This document shows positions 61,589-64,000 of a stretch of 64,000 bases of DNA, in pieces. The DNA is from an uncultured Pelagibacteraceae bacterium (lineage in GTDB: Bacteria > Pseudomonadota > Alphaproteobacteria > Pelagibacterales > Pelagibacteraceae): assembly GCA_902615145.1 (NCBI GenBank), contig CACMNK010000002.1, positions 20,838 through 84,837 of the forward strand, written 5' to 3'. Positions within the stretch are counted from its first letter, which is position 1; each line of letters opens with the position of its first letter. Both the position numbers and the translations under genes were made by a program. A model generated the notes under the pieces. That model was not told the origin of the DNA. It worked only from the letters and a program-made list of their open reading frames with translations, and did no database searches.

Positions 61589-62888
61589 AATTATCAAAAA
61601 TATACTTCCAAAAAGTTTGTTTTATAGAGCTCTGCTTATTGTAGCGGTTCCAGTTCTAGTGTTACAGGTTGTTGTAACAGTTGTTTTTTTTGACAGCTTA
61701 TGGATCAAAACAACCAAAGGTATGACAAGAGCATTAGTAAATGAAATGAGTACACTTCTCGAATTCTATAAAAATGAGAGCTATGATAAAAGTGAAATAA
61801 ATAATCTTTTTTCTATTTATCAAGACTTAAATTTTGAATTTGTAAAAGATGAAAAGTTTGATTTTAATTATACCGATAGATGGTTTAGTCCAATAGATCG
61901 AACTCTAAGACGCGAGCTGAAATCTAGGTTTAAGTTAGATAATTTTTGGTTTGATACAATCAACTATAAAGAGTTAATCGATATTAGAATTAAATATGAG
62001 GATGGTTATATCAAATTTCTCGTACCAAGAGACAGGGTTACAAGTTCATCTGCAAGAATATTTGCACTTTGGATAACTGTTCCAGCGTTGATTATGGTTT
62101 TGATATCTTTAATTTTTTTGAAAAATCAAACAAGACCCATAACTAACCTTGCTAGAGCAGCAGAAAAATTTGGTAAAGGTGAAGAAATTGAGGAATTTAA
62201 ACCATCAGGTGCTTCAGAGATAAGACGTGCAGGTTACGAATTCGATAAAATGAGAAAAAGGATAATAAGACATCTAAATCAAAGATCTGAAATGTTATCA
62301 GGAATTAGTCATGATTTAAGAACTCCCCTTACCAGAATGAAATTACAAATAACTTTCATAAAAGATAAAGAACTTTCAAAAAAATTAACAGAAGATGTTG
62401 ATGAAATGGAAAAAATGCTCAATGAGTATCTTCAATTTACAAGTTCATCTTTTTCCGAAAAAGATGAAACGTTCAATCTAACAGATCTGATCAATGAAAT
62501 TATAGAAAAATATGATAACGATAATATTTCATTAGAACTTATGCCAAGAGTTTATTTTAACGGAAGAAAAAATTTAATAACTCGTTGTATCAATAATCTT
62601 TTAAATAATGCGATTAAATATGCCAAAAAAGTCAATGTAGAATTAAACAAAAATAAAAATAATCTTTTCATTAAAATTGAGGATGACGGTCCAGGTATTC
62701 CAAAAACTGAGTATGAAAATGTATTTAAACCATTCTATAAAATTAATAAAGGCAGAGCAGACTCGAAATCTAGTGTAGGATTGGGATTATCAATCGCATC
62801 AGATATAATAAAATCTCATGGAGGTAATATTAGATTAGATAAATCTAGGATGAATGGTTTAAGTGTTAAAGTTTTTTTACCTGTTTAG
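61569..62888 (+). CDS. EnvZ-like sensor histidine kinase
   Basis: Two TMs, HAMP, SHDLRTPL, NAIKY, DDGPG, GLGL. Confidence 0.95.
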   Translation: MFYGLNKIIKNILPKSLFYRALLIVAVPVLVLQVVVTVVFFDSLWIKTTKGMTRALVNEMSTLLEFYKNESYDKSEINNLFSIYQDLNFEFVKDEKFDFNYTDRWFSPIDRTLRRELKSRFKLDNFWFDTINYKELIDIRIKYEDGYIKFLVPRDRVTSSSARIFALWITVPALIMVLISLIFLKNQTRPITNLARAAEKFGKGEEIEEFKPSGASEIRRAGYEFDKMRKRIIRHLNQRSEMLSGISHDLRTPLTRMKLQITFIKDKELSKKLTEDVDEMEKMLNEYLQFTSSSFSEKDETFNLTDLINEIIEKYDNDNISLELMPRVYFNGRKNLITRCINNLLNNAIKYAKKVNVELNKNKNNLFIKIEDDGPGIPKTEYENVFKPFYKINKGRADSKSSVGLGLSIASDIIKSHGGNIRLDKSRMNGLSVKVFLPV

Positions 62889-63117
62889 ATTTAAGATTTT
62901 TCTTTGATTTAATTTTTTCAATTTTTTTTTCTAAAATTTCAACTCTTTTAGAAAGGATTTCAAACTCATCTTTGCTTGTTAATTTAAGTTTAAAAACTAA
63001 TTCATCTCTTTTAGATTTTAAAATCGATAGTATCTCAGATGTGATATCTTTAGAAGAAACCAAACCTTGCTCAATTAACTTGGCAAATCTGTCGATTACA
63101 AATTTTGAGTTTTTCAT
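62866..63117 (-). CDS. UbiK/BMFP-family accessory protein
   Basis: LKLTSKDEFEIL plus coiled coil; divergent from lgt as in other alphaproteobacteria. Confidence 0.7.
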   Translation of the reverse strand: MKNSKFVIDRFAKLIEQGLVSSKDITSEILSILKSKRDELVFKLKLTSKDEFEILSKRVEILEKKIEKIKSKKNLKSKQVKKL

Positions 63118-63166
63118 ATATTTATATAATAACTTATTATAGTTTAAATTATAATTATTATTTAAA

Positions 63167-63949
63167 ATGTTTATTAATAATTTTGACCCAGTTGCTATTC
63201 AAATTTTTTCACTCGAAATAAGGTGGTATTCTCTAGCTTATATTGTTGGTATTTTATTAGGGTGGTTTTTAAGTAAAAAATTTTTTATTTCTGAACCAAA
63301 AGTAAGTGAAAAATTTGATGATTATCTAACTTATCTAATTTTAGGTTTAATTATTGGTGGTAGATTAGGATATGTTATATTTTATAACCTTGAATTTTAT
63401 ATTAACAATGCATTAGATATTTTTAAAATTTGGCAAGGTGGTATGTCATTTCATGGGGGCGTTATAGGGATCGTAATTTCAAGTTATTTTTTTGCAAAAA
63501 AAAATTCACAAAATCCATTTAGTTATTTAGATATTGTGTCCCTTGTTGCGCCTATAGGTATTTTTTTTGGTAGAATGGCAAATTTTATAAATTCAGAACT
63601 TTATGGTGTTGAAACTAATGTTGCATGGGCAGTTCAATTTATAAAAATAGATAACTTGTACCGACATCCTACTCAATTATATGAAGCATTTTTTGAGGGT
63701 ATAGTTCTGTTTTTAATTCTTATATATTTTAAAAATAAGAGTTACTCCAAAAGACCTGGTTTTATCTCAGGTATATTTTTAATTTTTTACTCAATTTTTA
63801 GATTTGCAATTGAATTTTTAAGAGTTCCTGATGACCAACTGGGTTATTTATTATTCAATCTGACCATGGGACAACTTATAAGTATCTTTTTTTTAATAAT
63901 TGGATGTTATTTATTAATTTCTAAATATGAAAACAGACAAAATAGTTAA
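63167..63949 (+). CDS. lgt: Prolipoprotein diacylglyceryl transferase
   Basis: IRWY, GGRLGY, GGMSFHGG, GRMANFINSE, RHPTQLYE, EFLR. Confidence 0.97.
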   Translation: MFINNFDPVAIQIFSLEIRWYSLAYIVGILLGWFLSKKFFISEPKVSEKFDDYLTYLILGLIIGGRLGYVIFYNLEFYINNALDIFKIWQGGMSFHGGVIGIVISSYFFAKKNSQNPFSYLDIVSLVAPIGIFFGRMANFINSELYGVETNVAWAVQFIKIDNLYRHPTQLYEAFFEGIVLFLILIYFKNKSYSKRPGFISGIFLIFYSIFRFAIEFLRVPDDQLGYLLFNLTMGQLISIFFLIIGCYLLISKYENRQNS

Positions 63950-64000
63950 TCTACCATTAGACAAGTTTATCAGTATCTCTATGTATAATAAAAAGTCTGG
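63927..64000 (+). CDS. 5' end of probable NDUFAF7/MidA-family SAM methyltransferase (truncated)
   Basis: MKTDKIVNLPLDKFISISMYNKKS; the usual gene after lgt in alphaproteobacteria. Confidence 0.6.
   Translation, partial: MKTDKIVNLPLDKFISISMYNKKS

Overview
Very AT-rich, gene-dense bacterial DNA whose gene content and order point to a Pelagibacterales (SAR11) alphaproteobacterium (inference). Housekeeping genes flank the window: on the left ftsZ (partial), mraZ, rnpB, an amidase, mlaA/mlaC, two tRNAs, rpoD, dnaG, yqeY and carAB; on the right trxB, an aminotransferase, uvrB, folB, uvrC, pgsA, ilvE, MarR-OmpR-EnvZ, ubiK and lgt. Between them is a ~35 kb block (12425-48105). It holds a complete type IVa pilus system (two pilins, pilC/B/Q/P/O, a pilM-pilN fusion, pilD, pilY1, pilX/W/V/fimT, pilT) interleaved with a partner-switching module that has no adjacent alternative sigma factor: RsbV, RsbW and three PP2C phosphatases with Amt, CHASE2 and GAF inputs. 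The block also encodes a TPR/beta-barrel + FecR + CHASE2 trans-envelope trio and two paralogous autotransporters. The most striking observations are: (1) the PilMN fusion carries an N-terminal domain resembling a tyrosine-integrase arm-type DNA-binding domain and lies directly downstream of seven TCTAACACA sites in direct and inverted orientation; (2) a 15-bp YYCA-N3-TGRR palindrome recurs upstream of six transcription units of the block; (3) an ammonium transporter is fused to a PP2C phosphatase. All family assignments were made by eye from motifs, not by database search.
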